From assembly GCA_965112155.1 (NCBI GenBank), contig OZ218107.1: a stretch of DNA of 64,000 bases; one strand, 5' to 3'. The notes under the pieces are model-generated. The model searched no databases. It saw only the letters and a program-made list of their open reading frames with translations, and was not told the origin of the DNA. A program made the position numbers and the translations under genes. Each line of letters opens with the position of its first letter. The first letter of the stretch is position 1. The DNA comes from Podarcis liolepis. Its lineage: Eukaryota. Below are positions 13,019 to 25,683 of this stretch, piece after piece.

Positions 13019-13344
13019 TGTTATGTACTGAGTTGAATAGGATCCAAAATGCAGCAGTCTGATTGGTCCTAGAACAATAGGATCCAAAATGCAGAAGTCT
13101 GATTGGTCCTAGAACAATGCAGCAGTATGATTGGTCCACAGGAGCCACCCAATCTAGCTCCAGGTGGAAGTGAATCCACAACCTGATTGGCCTACAGGAG
13201 AATCCCGGAATTAGCCAATCACGTGCAGCCCATTGTGTAAATAATGTATATAAAGCAGATATTGTGGGGGAACTTCCATTCCTCCTCATCACTATGAGCT
13301 GAATAAAGAGCATGAAATCCACTCTCGACTCTGAGTATATTTCA
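13019..13344 (+). mobile_element. Solo LTR with perfect 5-bp TSD
   Basis: TG...CA ends and GATCA on both sides (13014-13018, 13345-13349). Six CCAAT/ATTGG boxes, CACGTG at 13220, TATATAAA at 13247, AATAAA at 13302, and a 40-bp internal tandem duplication. Confidence 0.88.
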
Positions 13345-14038
13345 GATCATGTAAGGGGAATTCAGATGTGCCTGAAAAATATATATGAGTGGTATTGTGG
13401 GGCTGCAAATATTAGCTTCATCTTCCTCTGCCCATGCACCTGGTGGTGATGTGCCTAGTCATCTGGGCATGGGGTATGTGATGAAGCTCTACGCATGGAC
13501 AGCTTGGACCAATGGGGTCCCTTGTATGGAGAAATTCCATGTGCTTACAACTGGAAGCACCACGTAAACACGCAGATGAAGGCATGGCCAAGACCAGAGT
13601 CAGTAGGAAACAGATATGAGGCAACCATTTGATTCAGTACACATTTAAAGGTGAACTTACCTAGTCCACACTTTCCAGAATGATGTGCAAACAGGGCCAT
13701 TCTTTGAAATTCACACTGCTCCAAATCTTGCAATGCGGTCCTCCAGCCTAGCAATGTGTACAAAAACATGTATGTATCAGTGTAAAGATCATGATTTCTC
13801 TTTCCACTTAGATTGAACTTATTTTCTTCTCCTCAGCCACCTTTCTTTTCTCTCACTTCACTTCCCAGTCTCTCCAGCAGAAAGTTGTTCTCTCTCCCCA
13901 CCCCCAGCATTCCAAAGCTCTTAGCACTATGTCACTCCTTTGGTTCTTTCCTCAGGCTGTCTGACGCTGCCGAGCATTCACATTCACAAAAACAAAAAGT
14001 ACTTTTGGCTGAGACCCCCAGTTTAGGCTGTTCCCTCT

Positions 14039-14472
14039 GTGTGGATAAAGCAGACAGAGAAAAGTTTTTCGTCCTCTCTTATTGTATCAGAATTCAAGGA
14101 TATTCAATTAACCTGAATGTTGGAAGTTTCAGGAACAGACAAAAGAAATTATTTATTCACACAGTCCATAGTTATACTATGGGATTTGCTCCCACAAGAA
14201 GTAACAATAGCCACCATATTGGATGGCTTTACAAGATGATGAGACAAATTCATGGCTGACAAGGCTACCACTGGCTACTAACCACAGTGGCTATGTTTTG
14301 CCTCCACTGTTGGGAGGCAGCATGCCTTTGCATGGCTGTTGCTGGGAGAGTGCTCTCAAGCTCAGGTCCAGCTTTCAGGCTTCCCATAGGCATTGGGTTG
14401 GCCAGTGGGAGAACAGGATGTTAGACTAGATAGACTTATGGCCTGATCCAGCAGGCTCTGCTTACATTCTCC
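14039..14472 (+). mobile_element. CR1 LINE 3' end (ORF2 C-terminus and 3' UTR), decayed
   Basis: VDKADREKFF...RIQGYSINLNVGSFR and ...DGF...DKFMADKATTGY* are CR1-like. The 3' UTR reads gagaacaggatgttagactagat...ggcctgatccagcaggctct. Confidence 0.85.
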
Positions 14473-16293
14473 TATTATAGGAGTCCTATATCCTCTAATA
14501 GTTGCAATGGTATCATTTTAATAATATCATAGCGTCAAAAAGCCCAAATGAATCACCTGAAAGCAGAATTTGATATTGAATATTAGCAATGAGTGAACTC
14601 GCCTCAGCTTGATTCAGTTAATGTTCCTACCCCCCACCCAAGAAAACTACCCCTTCTTTCTCAGCTTTCTTAAACAGAAATAAGGAATGGAGAAATGTGC
14701 CCCTGGTTCACTGTCAATCCCCCACCCAGCAAAATATTTAATCTTGAGAAAGTGAAGAGCTGGTGGGGAGGGTTCACTGGAGACATAAGCTTCACTGTTG
14801 CTAATTGGAATGAAATTCCACTGCATGCTCACAAACATCACTTCCTGCTAGGACCATGGGTCTGATGGAGAATGCCTTCCCAAACAAATTCTGACTCACC
14901 TGATTTCTATGATACAATATATATTGAAACTCTTAAGGGTAAATAACAGCATCACACAATTAATGGCTCATGTCTTCTATAAATGCTGAGCCAAAATATT
15001 TTAGTTTCCTTATGTTTATGAAATTATGGACTCAAGGCCATGGAAAAAGCAAGCAAGGTAATGAAAAACATGGCAATGTGGCAGATTTAGTTCAAATGGT
15101 CTACTAAAAAGAAAATTTTGAATTTAAACGCCACATATTTTACCTACCGTATTTCTTTTGTGTAGCGTCCGATGGTAAAGGGGGGGGGGGTTGTGTGTCT
15201 TATAGTCCATGAATGGAACTATGAGTAAGGAGAGTGTGCCTACTTCCTTTGGAAATCGCTCATAGGAAGCCCAAATGTATCAGAAACAGATTGTGAAGAA
15301 ATGTGTGGTCCCAGGACAAATGTTACAGATATATTCGTTTTCTGGGAAGTGTATTAAAACTAAGTTAATCATTTCTCTTTTCCTTTAGTCAATTAATGGG
15401 AAACAGCCATCTCCACCAGCCCAAATGATGAGGATATGCTAACAGACCAGCGATGAACATCAATAACAGACTTTCTGGATGTTGTCTGGAGAATTAGCTG
15501 TCCTGAGCAGCAGCTGGCAAGTGTTGCACTGAAAGGTTAAGAAACAGCAATAACCTGCTGCTGCTGAGGGAAACCAAAAGAGGGAAAGGAACCTATTACC
15601 TAGCAGGAGATGCAAGATAAAAGTAGAAGCAGAAGGAAGCTGGAAAAAGTAAGCACCATGCTGATGTGCAGCTGGTAGAGGTGCTCAGTGCAATGTTGAC
15701 ATCAACAGCCCTTACTCAAATTTCCTACTTCTCAGCAGTTATGTGCTTCCATGACTTTATACAACCTCTGCTTCCCTTGGTATCTTGCTTCTCCTTCCAG
15801 TATGGGTACCAGAGCTGTCACCCATTTGGTCATCACTCATGACTTAGCAGTGGCCATTTATTCCTGCTGCTTACATCTGTCTGCACAACCTCATTGGCTG
15901 CTCCTGGAAATCATGGTCACAAAAATTCTTACTTTTCTGTGTACCGTGCATGTTGACTCTAAATTCTAATGAAACTGACATTTTTATGAGCTTGTATTTG
16001 GTTGAAATGCTCTACTTGCATTTGGAATATTAAAACAGCAAAGCTTTGCAGTTCAAATATTTACATTACTGGAATAAATGTTAAACATTGGCATCAATTG
16101 GGATAAGCAGAATACTCTGAGAGGCTACAATGCAGTGGTAGAGCACCCTTTTTGTATGAAGAAAGCTCAAGTGTTTCCAGATTAAAGGACCCCAGGGAAC
16201 AGGGCTGAGAAAGTTCTGTATATGACAACTTGTAGAGCTGCTGCCAGTCAGGGAAGACAATTGTTTCAAACAGAAAGTAAAACACTGCCAATA

Positions 16294-16430
16294 GTCAGTG
16301 CCATTTTTCTAGAAAAAGAGGTGCTGAAACTCACCATGAACAGCTCCCTCATTCTCTTAGAATGGCAATTGTGCCCCCCTGAGAGGTGCTGGAACTGAGT
16401 TCCTGTGAGTTCCCTATAAAAACAAGCCCT
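16294..16430. mobile_element. hAT-like MITE (CAGTGC/CAGGGC-TTTT termini)
   Basis: cagtgccatttttctagaaaaagaggtgctgaaactc...gaggtgctggaactgagttcc...aaaaacaagccctg. Confidence 0.5.
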
Positions 16431-16884
16431 GCCAGCAGTAATGTTCCATCAGCTGTGTTTTCCACTGCAGTAATGGGGGCTTCTCTGATGCAAAGTCCCC
16501 CTACCAGAGGAAGTTGGTTCATGGGCATGTCCACTATATTCTAACCCCACCCAGCTGCAAAGATGAGGGGGTCACAATTGTACACACAGAGCTGAGCTAA
16601 ACTCTGCCCTTTTCTATCCCATTCATAGGCAGCAAATGGTGGATGTGGGGTTTTTTTTGGGGGGGGGGTTCTTTCATAAGCTCATGAGGCTACAATTGGT
16701 AACAGCTGCAGATGTTTTAGCACAGCTTAATAGATCTGCCTTCTCACCAAAAAATACACAATGTAAATTGTTCCATGGCATTTGAGAGAGGGAGGGGGGA
16801 TGGCAGCCATTACTGAATGCCACCTCTTTGAAGAAGAGCTCTGCCTCTATTGCCTGTGGTGGCGGAAGGAAGGAAGGAGATGAC

Positions 16885-16933
16885 AGATAGACAGATGATA
16901 GATGATAGATAGATAGATGATAGATAGATATAG
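16885..16933. repeat. (GATA)n microsatellite, imperfect
   Basis: Direct reading. Confidence 0.9.
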
Positions 16934-17128
16934 ACTGCCATCACCACTAAACCTTTCAAATAATTTTGCTCAACCTACAAATCGCCCACCTCCCTTCAAA
17001 ATTAGGGATCCTCTAAAATTCACTCCCCATCGCAACTTGAAAGCTTTCAAGCAAGACATTTCAGGTTTCTCCTAATCAGACTCTGTGAACACATCCAACA
17101 TTATGCATTTAAAGCAAATCAAACACAC

Positions 17129-18257
17129 GGGGCCGCTAGGGGGCGCATTGGAAGATGGCCGACAATACCATCTCTCCGGCTCACACGAGGTAATTAAGAG
17201 GCTGATATGGGAGTATGCAGCCTCCCTTTGTTACCCCAAGGGAATGGGGAACACTGCCTTGCCTGCTGTTGCCATATATCACCCCCGGATTCGAAAGAAG
17301 GGGGTGAGGGCACTAAGCACAAAACCTTTGTGTGGGTCCGGCTCTCCCGGACGCTGTCTCTGATTGCGCAGATAGTTGTAGAGCTCAAAATAAACAATTA
17401 GAAAAAGAAGCAAATGCACATACTTCAAGTGAAGATCGGGAGTAAAGACTGCTAATTAATGGGATCTCTGTGAAGCGGAGCGACAGGCTGGACAATAAAT
17501 CAAGAGAAGACTCATCATTAAAAGATTGGTATGTTGGAGCTAAACTGAAAAGGGGGGGGGAGGAAAAACTTTTTTTTTTGTCTTATGTGAGTACCCAATA
17601 ACCCTTCCCCCCCCCCCGAGAAAGAATCGTTGCAATTACTGATCACAAGCAGGAGATTAAGAACTGTGTGGAAATAAATTACTAATCAAAGAGAGGACTT
17701 GTGGGAACATCGGGAAAGGAAGGAAAGCTTTGTGACGCAGTTACAAATAGAGATTCGTTACGGCAGGCCTGCCCACAGGAGGACGAGGAGGAGAAGGACC
17801 ATGGTTATCGGAATGTGAGTTTGACCTGGCAGGGCCCCCTGAGAAAATTGATGACAGACTGGCAGGCCTGTGGAAATCAACGGACAGACTGCGGGAATGT
17901 TTTGTATGGAGGTGTGGAAATGGCGTCTGTCCTTTATGTGATATGGCTCTTGGGAAAGCGTAAAATCCACACAGGATATGTTTGTTTTTAACCCGCTTGT
18001 GAAGACTATCAGAGATCACAAAGAAAGGAATATATGATAACAACAACAAGATGAGGAAAATAACAAAGAGACTATCTGGACAGAACTGTGTAATTAAAGC
18101 AGCAGTAAGAGTGATGTTTGGATCCCTTTCGGAGCTTGAAGTATGGGTACCCCCAACAAAATTTTAAAAATTTGGCTGTGTAATTTGGAACTAATGTGAT
18201 TTGGAATGAATGTGATTTGATTGGCCTGTTAATAAAAATTATTTTTTTTTAAAAAAA
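17129..18257 (+). mobile_element. Non-autonomous, apparently L1-mobilised retroposon (~1.13 kb)
   Basis: 19-bp TSD TAAAGCAAATCAAACACAC (17110-17128, 18258-18276) at a TTT/AAA site. G-rich 5' start with AAGATGGCCG, AATAAA at 18231 and an A-rich tail. No RT ORF. Confidence 0.8.
17131..17161 (+). promoter_or_regulatory. CTCF-consensus motif followed by YY1 motif at retroposon 5' end
   Basis: GGCCGCTAGGGGGCGC (17131-17146) matches the CTCF core. AAGATGGCCG (17152-17161) matches YY1. Binding is untested. Confidence 0.55.
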
Positions 18258-19794
18258 TAAAGCAAATCAAACACACATTTAAATCACATGACTTCCGCCA
18301 AACAGTTATGAGAACTGAAGACCGCCCCCCTCATACAGACCTAACATTTACAGTACCTTTAACAAACAACAGTTCTCAGGTTTCTTTGGGGAAAAGTTGC
18401 AAGTTTTAAACGTGTGTTGAATATGCTTTAAATGTATGGTATGGATCTGCCCTCAGTGTGTACAAGACAAATTTATTGCCCTTTATATTCTACTGATTTA
18501 AATGAGCTAGGCTCAGTGGTGGGTGGGGTGGGCACAAACCCATGGTACCTTTATTGTACAGTTTGCCCAATTTGTGAACAGGGCTACAATCCTACTCAGA
18601 ATGAAAGAAGCAGCACATAACTGTGAGAAATGTGATCTTTCCAAGTTCCTGGAGAACATTCATTCCCACGTAAAGTGGCAGGACAGTTTTACATGTAAAA
18701 GACAGGTCTAGCTACAAATGAGTTGCTGCACACCTTTCCACTTGATATGAATTACTGTAGAAATGCAAACAAGAGGATCAACATTAGACCCCCAGCTGAC
18801 CTGCTCTTAACATTTCTGTGGAAGTCTATATATGGATCCTTCCCACTGGAAGCTACTGCATGTCTGCATGTGCATTTTGTACTGTACTTTACAAAATACT
18901 GTATTTCACAAAATAATGGTTTCTAATAATACTCAAGACAGTAGCTAAATTGCAAAAAGTACTAGCCAATGATGCCAAGGGTTTAACCAACACTGCAATT
19001 GTCAGCAAAATGGATAGCTACTTTGGTAACCATCAATCATTCTGGCCGCCAAGAGATCAGAATAAATACAGCAAAAACGTTATCTAATAGCTTTCATGTA
19101 CTGTACACAGGAAAACTTGAAATAATTTGGTCCTTCTGAGCACATTTTTGTTGTTGTTTACCAATCAGCTAAGCCAGGAGTTATGTTTCATCTAACATTT
19201 TTGTGTAACAGCCTCAAAGAACCGATCAATAATAGAAAGATTTCCCTAGCATTCAATTAGTAAAGGTAAAAGCATTCAAGTATGCATTTATTTTACCTCT
19301 GTAGGCTACCTACAATGCATTTCCCTCATGGAATTATTGCTTTCGGGTGGTGAATTTCACACACGTTCTCATGGCGGGTTTGACATATCACAGTTTCCTG
19401 ATGAGATGGTCAAGGAACCTTTCACTTACATTTTTTTTAAAGCCAGGGTGAAACCATCCTTCCCCCCCCCCCCCAGGGAAAAACAGTTTAATCACAACAA
19501 ACCAATGCTTTAATGGGCATTCTGGCCCAGGAAACACAACTCAAGAGGCTTTAGAGAGTTTTACTGCCACTAACAGTTTTTGGGATTTTTTAAAAGCTCT
19601 ATAAGAAGTGTAAAAGGGGATGGGGGGGCCCTCTGTTGACTACCTTGTCAAAATTAAGGTAAGCCGCCCCATCCACACCTAAGTCTCCTACTCCTAAACT
19701 CTGAGGGCATTTTCTTTTTGCCTCATGGCCCACACATTGCCAAAAAAGAAAAGGAAAGTTGGGATGGTTCAGCCAACGTTTCGATACAGCAAAC

Positions 19795-20107
19795 CAGGGG
19801 TAGGCAACCTAAGGTCCGGGGGCCGGATGCGACCAATTGACCTTCTCAATCCAGCCCGCGGACGGTCCAGGAATCAGCATGTTTTTACATGAGTAGAATG
19901 TGTCCTTTTATTTAAAATGCATCTCTGGGTTATTTGTGGGGCCTGCCTGGTATTTTTACACGAGTAGAATGTGTGCTTTTATTTAAACTAATCTGGGTTA
20001 TTTGCAGGGCATAGGAATTCGTTCATTTCCCTCCCCCCAAAAATATAGTCTGCCCCCCCCCAAGGTCTGAGGGACAGTGGACGGCTGAAAAAGGTTGCTG
20101 ACCCCTG
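19795..20107. mobile_element. hAT (Charlie/OC1-like) MITE
   Basis: TIRs CAGGGGTAGGCAACC / GGTTGCTGACCCCTG. 8-bp TSD CAGCAAAC/CAGCAAGC (7/8). Internal ~67-bp duplication (tttttacatgagtagaatgtgt...ctgggttatttg). Confidence 0.85.
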
Positions 20108-23073
20108 CAGCAAGCAATATAACCCCACTCTGAAAGGGCACAAGACTTGGCTCTCAGTATTTATACAAGGCCTGGCCTCAAGAGATCCCATAGCACTTCC
20201 AACTGAAGGAGCCAATGCTGCCCATGCACTTGAGGGGGGCTCTGAGGCCTGAGAACCTATACACCCCAGTATACCTCTCATGTGATGCCCAGCTTCAGAA
20301 ATTTTGAGGTTCCCAGTTCATTCCCCAGTGACCCTAACACAGTTGTATAAGAACAGGCAACTTGTAGGACTTAGGACCTTTTCACACTTACCATTTATAA
20401 AGGTATGGTTGCTGTTTGATCTGACATTTTTAAGAGTAAATTTTCAGCAGACCACCTGTTCCTTTGGCTACACATTCCTATTACTGGAGAGCTAGTGCAT
20501 TTTTTGCCTTCCATTTATGGCAGGTTGAGCCCAAATTGAGAAAAGTTCTATGACTAGAGTCTCATCCATTACAAAAACACAAATATACTAATTATGGGCA
20601 GTGTCTGGCACTCCCCACTAATGCCACTATAAAAGGTAAGTGTGGAAAGGCCTTTAACCTGCTGTTCTAGTGCAAAATCTTAGATATCTGTATACCAGAT
20701 TGAAATTTGTAGTTTTATCCAATGATGCTTTATCAATGTCATACCTTGTGAAACTGCTCTAGGATGCTGATCTATTGTTCACTGAATTAAATTAGACAGA
20801 TGGGGGTGGGGTAAATCCTGCTGACTTCTGTATACTTTGGATTAATGAGCTGTTTGGGCAGGTGCCTGAAAGAGAAGAAAAACAGCTGTTATAACCTTAT
20901 TTTAAAGATACACAATACTTGGTCGTCAAAAACTTTAAATGAATTAAAGCTATGAACTTTCATACAGCATATTTGAGAAAGGCATTCTTAGGCATTCAGT
21001 CTTCATGTCTGGAATTCCTTTCTCAGCAAAAAATGAGTAGAGCTTTCAGTATAAGTTATATCATTTTGCCATGAAAGTGCCTTTAAAGAGTTTCATGTGT
21101 GCTTCATCTGTTATAACTAACAATGAAATAATAATAAAAATTGCAAGGTAACTAAAGTGACTTCAGTTTCAGTAGGACGAACGTTATGGTCCTATATACC
21201 AGGGGGTAATTCCCATTGAATTCAATGTATCTTACTTTTGGGTAGAGCTGTATAGGACTGTACATAGGATAGTAAAACCCCAAGATCACAAAAGAGCTAA
21301 AACTAACCACAACTATAGGCCCCTTCATGTATTATATGTGTGGGCATTCCATGAGATTAAGGAGATGGGGACACCACCCCCAATGTGATGCATCTCCCTG
21401 ACTCCAACTATGTATTGAGCGTGGACATCTGAGGAGGGCACATGTACATATGTAGAGGCCATGTACATATGTTTCCACATGATGTGGAACCCTGGTTGTG
21501 GCAGGGATCCAGACCATGTGGAAACCAATGTGTGTAGAACTCTATGTAAGCATGCTTCCCTCTTTAGATATCCATGCTCAATGTGTCAGAAGTGGGGCTG
21601 ATGTCATGCATGATTCCAGGAGTGGAGCTTGAGAGATGCACATTGTCAGGAGAACAGGATAAGTGAAAACCCCTTCAGGTGTATAACATCACTTCACTTT
21701 CCATGCTCAATGAGGGCCTATACTCCCTCCATTAGTGCATTCCTTGGCTACCTACATTGCAATGAAAGTGCTACTTATGGTAATTTTTTAACACAAATGG
21801 AGATAAGGTTGGCAGGTCATCTGTTATCCTGTGCCAAATTATCAATTCATTTGTGCATCTATAGCAAGGACCTTTTCAAGGCCAAAAGTGCTGTATACGT
21901 CTGTGCACACCTCTGCAGCTAAATCTGGCCGATAGCATTAGGCTTCTAATTTAAGACAGCTGTCTTCCACTATGGTCTTCAAGAGCATTAAAGCCAGCTT
22001 CAGTACAAGAATGTCAGCTTAAGTGGTTAGTGAATTACAGGCTTTTTCTACCCTTTTATCAATCATCCTCTCCATTTGTCTTCCCAAAACAGCTTCTTCT
22101 ACTTTTTGGATGCTAAACTTGCTCTTGTTCGTTAGAATGGAAAAACATAGTTTGCTTGAACTTTTAAAGTAGTTACCCAAATAGTCATCGTTAATATGTC
22201 ATTTTCTAATATTTTATAACAGTTTTTATTTTTACTTTTCAAAGCATTGCCTTTTGGCTCCCAGCTTCCATCAGTCCATTCCAGGTAAAAACACACAATA
22301 CTTGCTCCTCTGTTTTTTTGCTCTTTTCTTGGAACCATATGCAATTTCAATCAGAAACAACAAAGAACATTTCTGGAATTAAATTTGGACATATAGAACT
22401 TAAGATGATGCATGCAGATGCTATTGCCTTAACCCTGACCCACCCAATTAACTCTTTCAAACAACCAATGACACTATTTTTATTCAGCAAAGCATCTGGT
22501 TACAAAATAAACTTAGATAAGTAAGAATGATTAGCAGTAACTTCAATTTGAAACAGAATGCAATTTCCAATGGAAAGACAAGCCAGCTGGATACTTATCC
22601 TGACCCCAAATCAGTCACAGGGTATAATCTTAATATATTAATAACCATAATTGAAAAAAGATTATAAACAAAAGATTAATAATCTACCATGGCTCAGGAG
22701 AACAGCCAGAGTTAAAATTAACATTCTATCACAAATAATATTTTGTTTATTAACATCTCATTGAGACTGAATTACACAACATTATACAATTGGGAAGCGA
22801 CCATAACAAAATTTGTATTACTGAATAATGGTTCTGTGCAGAATGATCCCCCCTTTACCTTCTTGACGTTAATAAAGTATGGATAAATGTACAAAATACT
22901 AAACACTATTATAATGATGTAACAAGACTAATTTCTATTAAAAACTGGTACCAACCAGGGAAAGTATTTATAGCAGAACAGGAACATGCTAAGGGAAATT
23001 TTAAAGATGTGCAATGGTTTAAACCATGGAGTTTGCTGCATGATCCCACTAACTTGTAATCTACAAAATCTAT

Positions 23074-23160
23074 TACAGGCCTCCCCCGTTTTACGTGGGG
23101 TTTACGTTCCGAGGCACTCCTCACGTTGATGAAATCACGTATAATTGAAATCCATTGAAA
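23074..23160 (+). mobile_element. Tigger/pogo-like MITE fragment
   Basis: TA|CAGGCCTCCCCCGTTTTACGTGGGGTTTACGTTCC resembles a Tigger-type terminus. Confidence 0.4.
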
Positions 23161-24498
23161 AAGCCTGAAAACACTCCATTCATCTCCTGCTCTGCCCCAC
23201 TCTGCCCCACTTTATGTGCCACAACTGTCCAGAAACCTGTGAGAAATGCTCATTGACTTTGTTTACTGATTGTGTTCCCTTTATAGCAGATCACCTGAAT
23301 ACTACAAAAAAAGTTCCAACTTCCATAATGATTCTGTAACCCTACCCTTTGCATATCATTCACATGCTGATCCTAATTACTTCTATCAGTAAGGAGCAGA
23401 CGGGCACCTTGAGAAAGGAGGTTGCTGCCACTTGGAGAGCCTGCGTAAGCTGCACATCCACACAAAACATATCAAACCTGCACCACTGTTACCCAACTAG
23501 TAAAGCACAGATGACCAGCCATATCATTTGCCATGTTTTGCAGTATTGGAAGGCCTTGGTGGGTTGCTTTACGTGGCTGGTTGGTTGCATGTGGTTTGGT
23601 AGGCTACGGATTGTGTGGATCTTCAGCACAAATTAAAATTAAAAATATATGGACAAAGGATAATCACATAACTGATTCAGACACACACAAAAATTGAAGC
23701 CCTAAAATAAATTTGTCTACTCTTTTGTGGTTGGGTTCAACAAGTCTATACATTTGGTAATTTCTATGGCTTTGTGGTTTGAAAGGTACATACTTGTGGA
23801 TGTAGGTATGGCAGACATGAAAGTAATGTGGTGCAAAACAGACAACAGCCCTGTTCAAACACTGAAAATAATGTGTGTAAGAATTGAAAAATAATTTGCT
23901 TAACAGACATCGTTGCTATGAAGGTCTTTGCTAGAACTGTGTTGCAGGATTACATCAACTGTAATGTTGTTTTTATTTACAGGAAGACAGTACTAGGAAA
24001 TCTTGCAAAACTCAAGTCTGGATTTTTATTTTTATTTATTCCATCCTTGTGGATTTCAAAAAGCCCTTCAGTAGAATCAGCTGGAAGGGTTTCTGGAAAT
24101 GACTGATCATAGCTGGGTCTATCCCAATACTTTTCTTACTTTGATGGTCAAGCTCAAGGCAGATGGTGAAATGTCCAGCTCTCTGCTGTCAATACATGCC
24201 ATCTCCCCCACCCACCCCCAATGCTATTCAGGATCTTGCTTCTCTGTTTGTTTACGCCTCCAGAGATTTTGATCAAGACATTTATGTTTACCTCAAAACA
24301 GATAGCAAATTGTTCAGTCTTCATTATCAACAGTCCGTAGAAATAGCTTTGAAGAAATGTTTGTTTGCCAATCATTTCACTCTTGATGTCTGTACAGAAA
24401 ATTGCTTCCAGATCATTTATTTTCAGATGCTTGTAAGACAGCTGACCTTATTGCAAATCTGAAGTAGGTAGATATGAGAGGCAAAGTTTCCATTGAAA

Positions 24499-24632
24499 CC
24501 GGGATGGGGAACTTGTGGCCCTCCAGACATCGCTGGACTACAATTGCCACCACCCCTGACTATTAACCATGCTGGCTAGGGTTGGTGAAGGTTGCTGTAC
24601 AACAATGTCTGGAGGGTCACATATTCCCTACT
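24499..24632. mobile_element. hAT-type palindromic MITE, older copy (further copies ~25080-25210, ~39647-39763, ~43870-43945)
   Basis: gggatggggaacttgtggccctccagac...ggactacaa...gtctggagggtcacatattccc; same family as 9-140. Confidence 0.7.
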
Positions 24633-25648
24633 ATCTTGCCTTAAAATATCATGCTCCACAGATGGAACCTGTGGAACCAGTTCACATAATGTACTCCTAG
24701 ACAGTGATGAGCAAAGCTCACTAGAAACAAAGATCCCTATTGCAAGCCTCAGGCTGGCAAAGGGTATGGGATTAACACATTGCAGAACGAGATGAAATTG
24801 TCAGGTTCAGTAAGTCATATATACACCTGCCAAACCCAGGAGCTCCTGAATCAAATCTGGAGGCTAAAAGACCACCTTATGTTAAAACAAAAAGTTAAGG
24901 AAAGATTTGTGATGGATATACCTAGCTGACGGACAAGGAATGAAAGAAGTTCAGATCATCTACTCATAGGCCATTGTAGCTCATGTGAGAGTCCCAAACT
25001 ACCAATGGATTCATTTGGAAATTAGATAATGGTGAGCAGTAACAAGAAGCATTCCAATTGTTAAAGAGTGTAGGATAAAGGAGGGATGGAGAATCTCTGT
25101 TGTTGGACTACTACAACAACAACCATAATTCCTGGCCATTGATCTTGCTGCCTGGGGCTCATGGGATTTGGAGTCCAAAACAACCAGAGGACGATGTGTA
25201 ACCCATCCCTGGGAAGTTTCTGTACCCACCTATCTTGTGGTTTTAAAAGGCTTTTGTATAGGAAAGTAGCCACCACGAGGAGAATGTTTTAAATTGCTCC
25301 CTGTTGCATCACCTTCCACATGACAGAACATTTGCTTGCAGTCACTTACATGAAAGATGGAGGGATCTTCTACTACAAAGCTCCCATTCTACCCAAAAAG
25401 ATTTATACAGTGTGGATAATATAATTTAATCTGCACGAGAAGCTGATGCTTGGAACATTTTGAAGGATTTCATACCAATTTCCCCCTTAGAGCCTTGTCT
25501 CATATTCTGTTAAACAAATGCAGCAGCAATTTGGATTTAGTTGCAAGCTCCCTACAAGGTATAAGGTGAATCTAGAATGGGAAACTGTCACTGCCTCAGA
25601 AACAAACACCTGCTATTGAGCCGTTTCATAAAGTAGCTATGGAACTGA

Positions 25649-25649
<1 letters not shown>

Positions 25650-25682
<33 letters not shown>
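25650..25682. repeat. (GT)n microsatellite
   Basis: Direct reading. Confidence 0.9.

Positions 25683-25683
<1 letters not shown>

Larger units (their letters stand above)
17090..18450. mobile_element. Old palindromic MITE split by the 17129-18257 insertion
   Basis: The left arm cacatccaacattatgcatttaaagca is the inverse of the right arm tgctttaaatgtatggtatggatctg. Confidence 0.6.

Noticed and set aside
13036-13140. Tandem ~40-bp repeats superficially like a CRISPR array
   Set aside because: No unique spacers, eukaryotic context, and the repeats sit inside a solo LTR U3 region.
17701-17991. 96-aa ORF inside the L1-dependent retroposon as a possible ORF1 remnant
   Set aside because: GTG start, and no coiled-coil, RRM or other L1 ORF1 features recognisable by eye.
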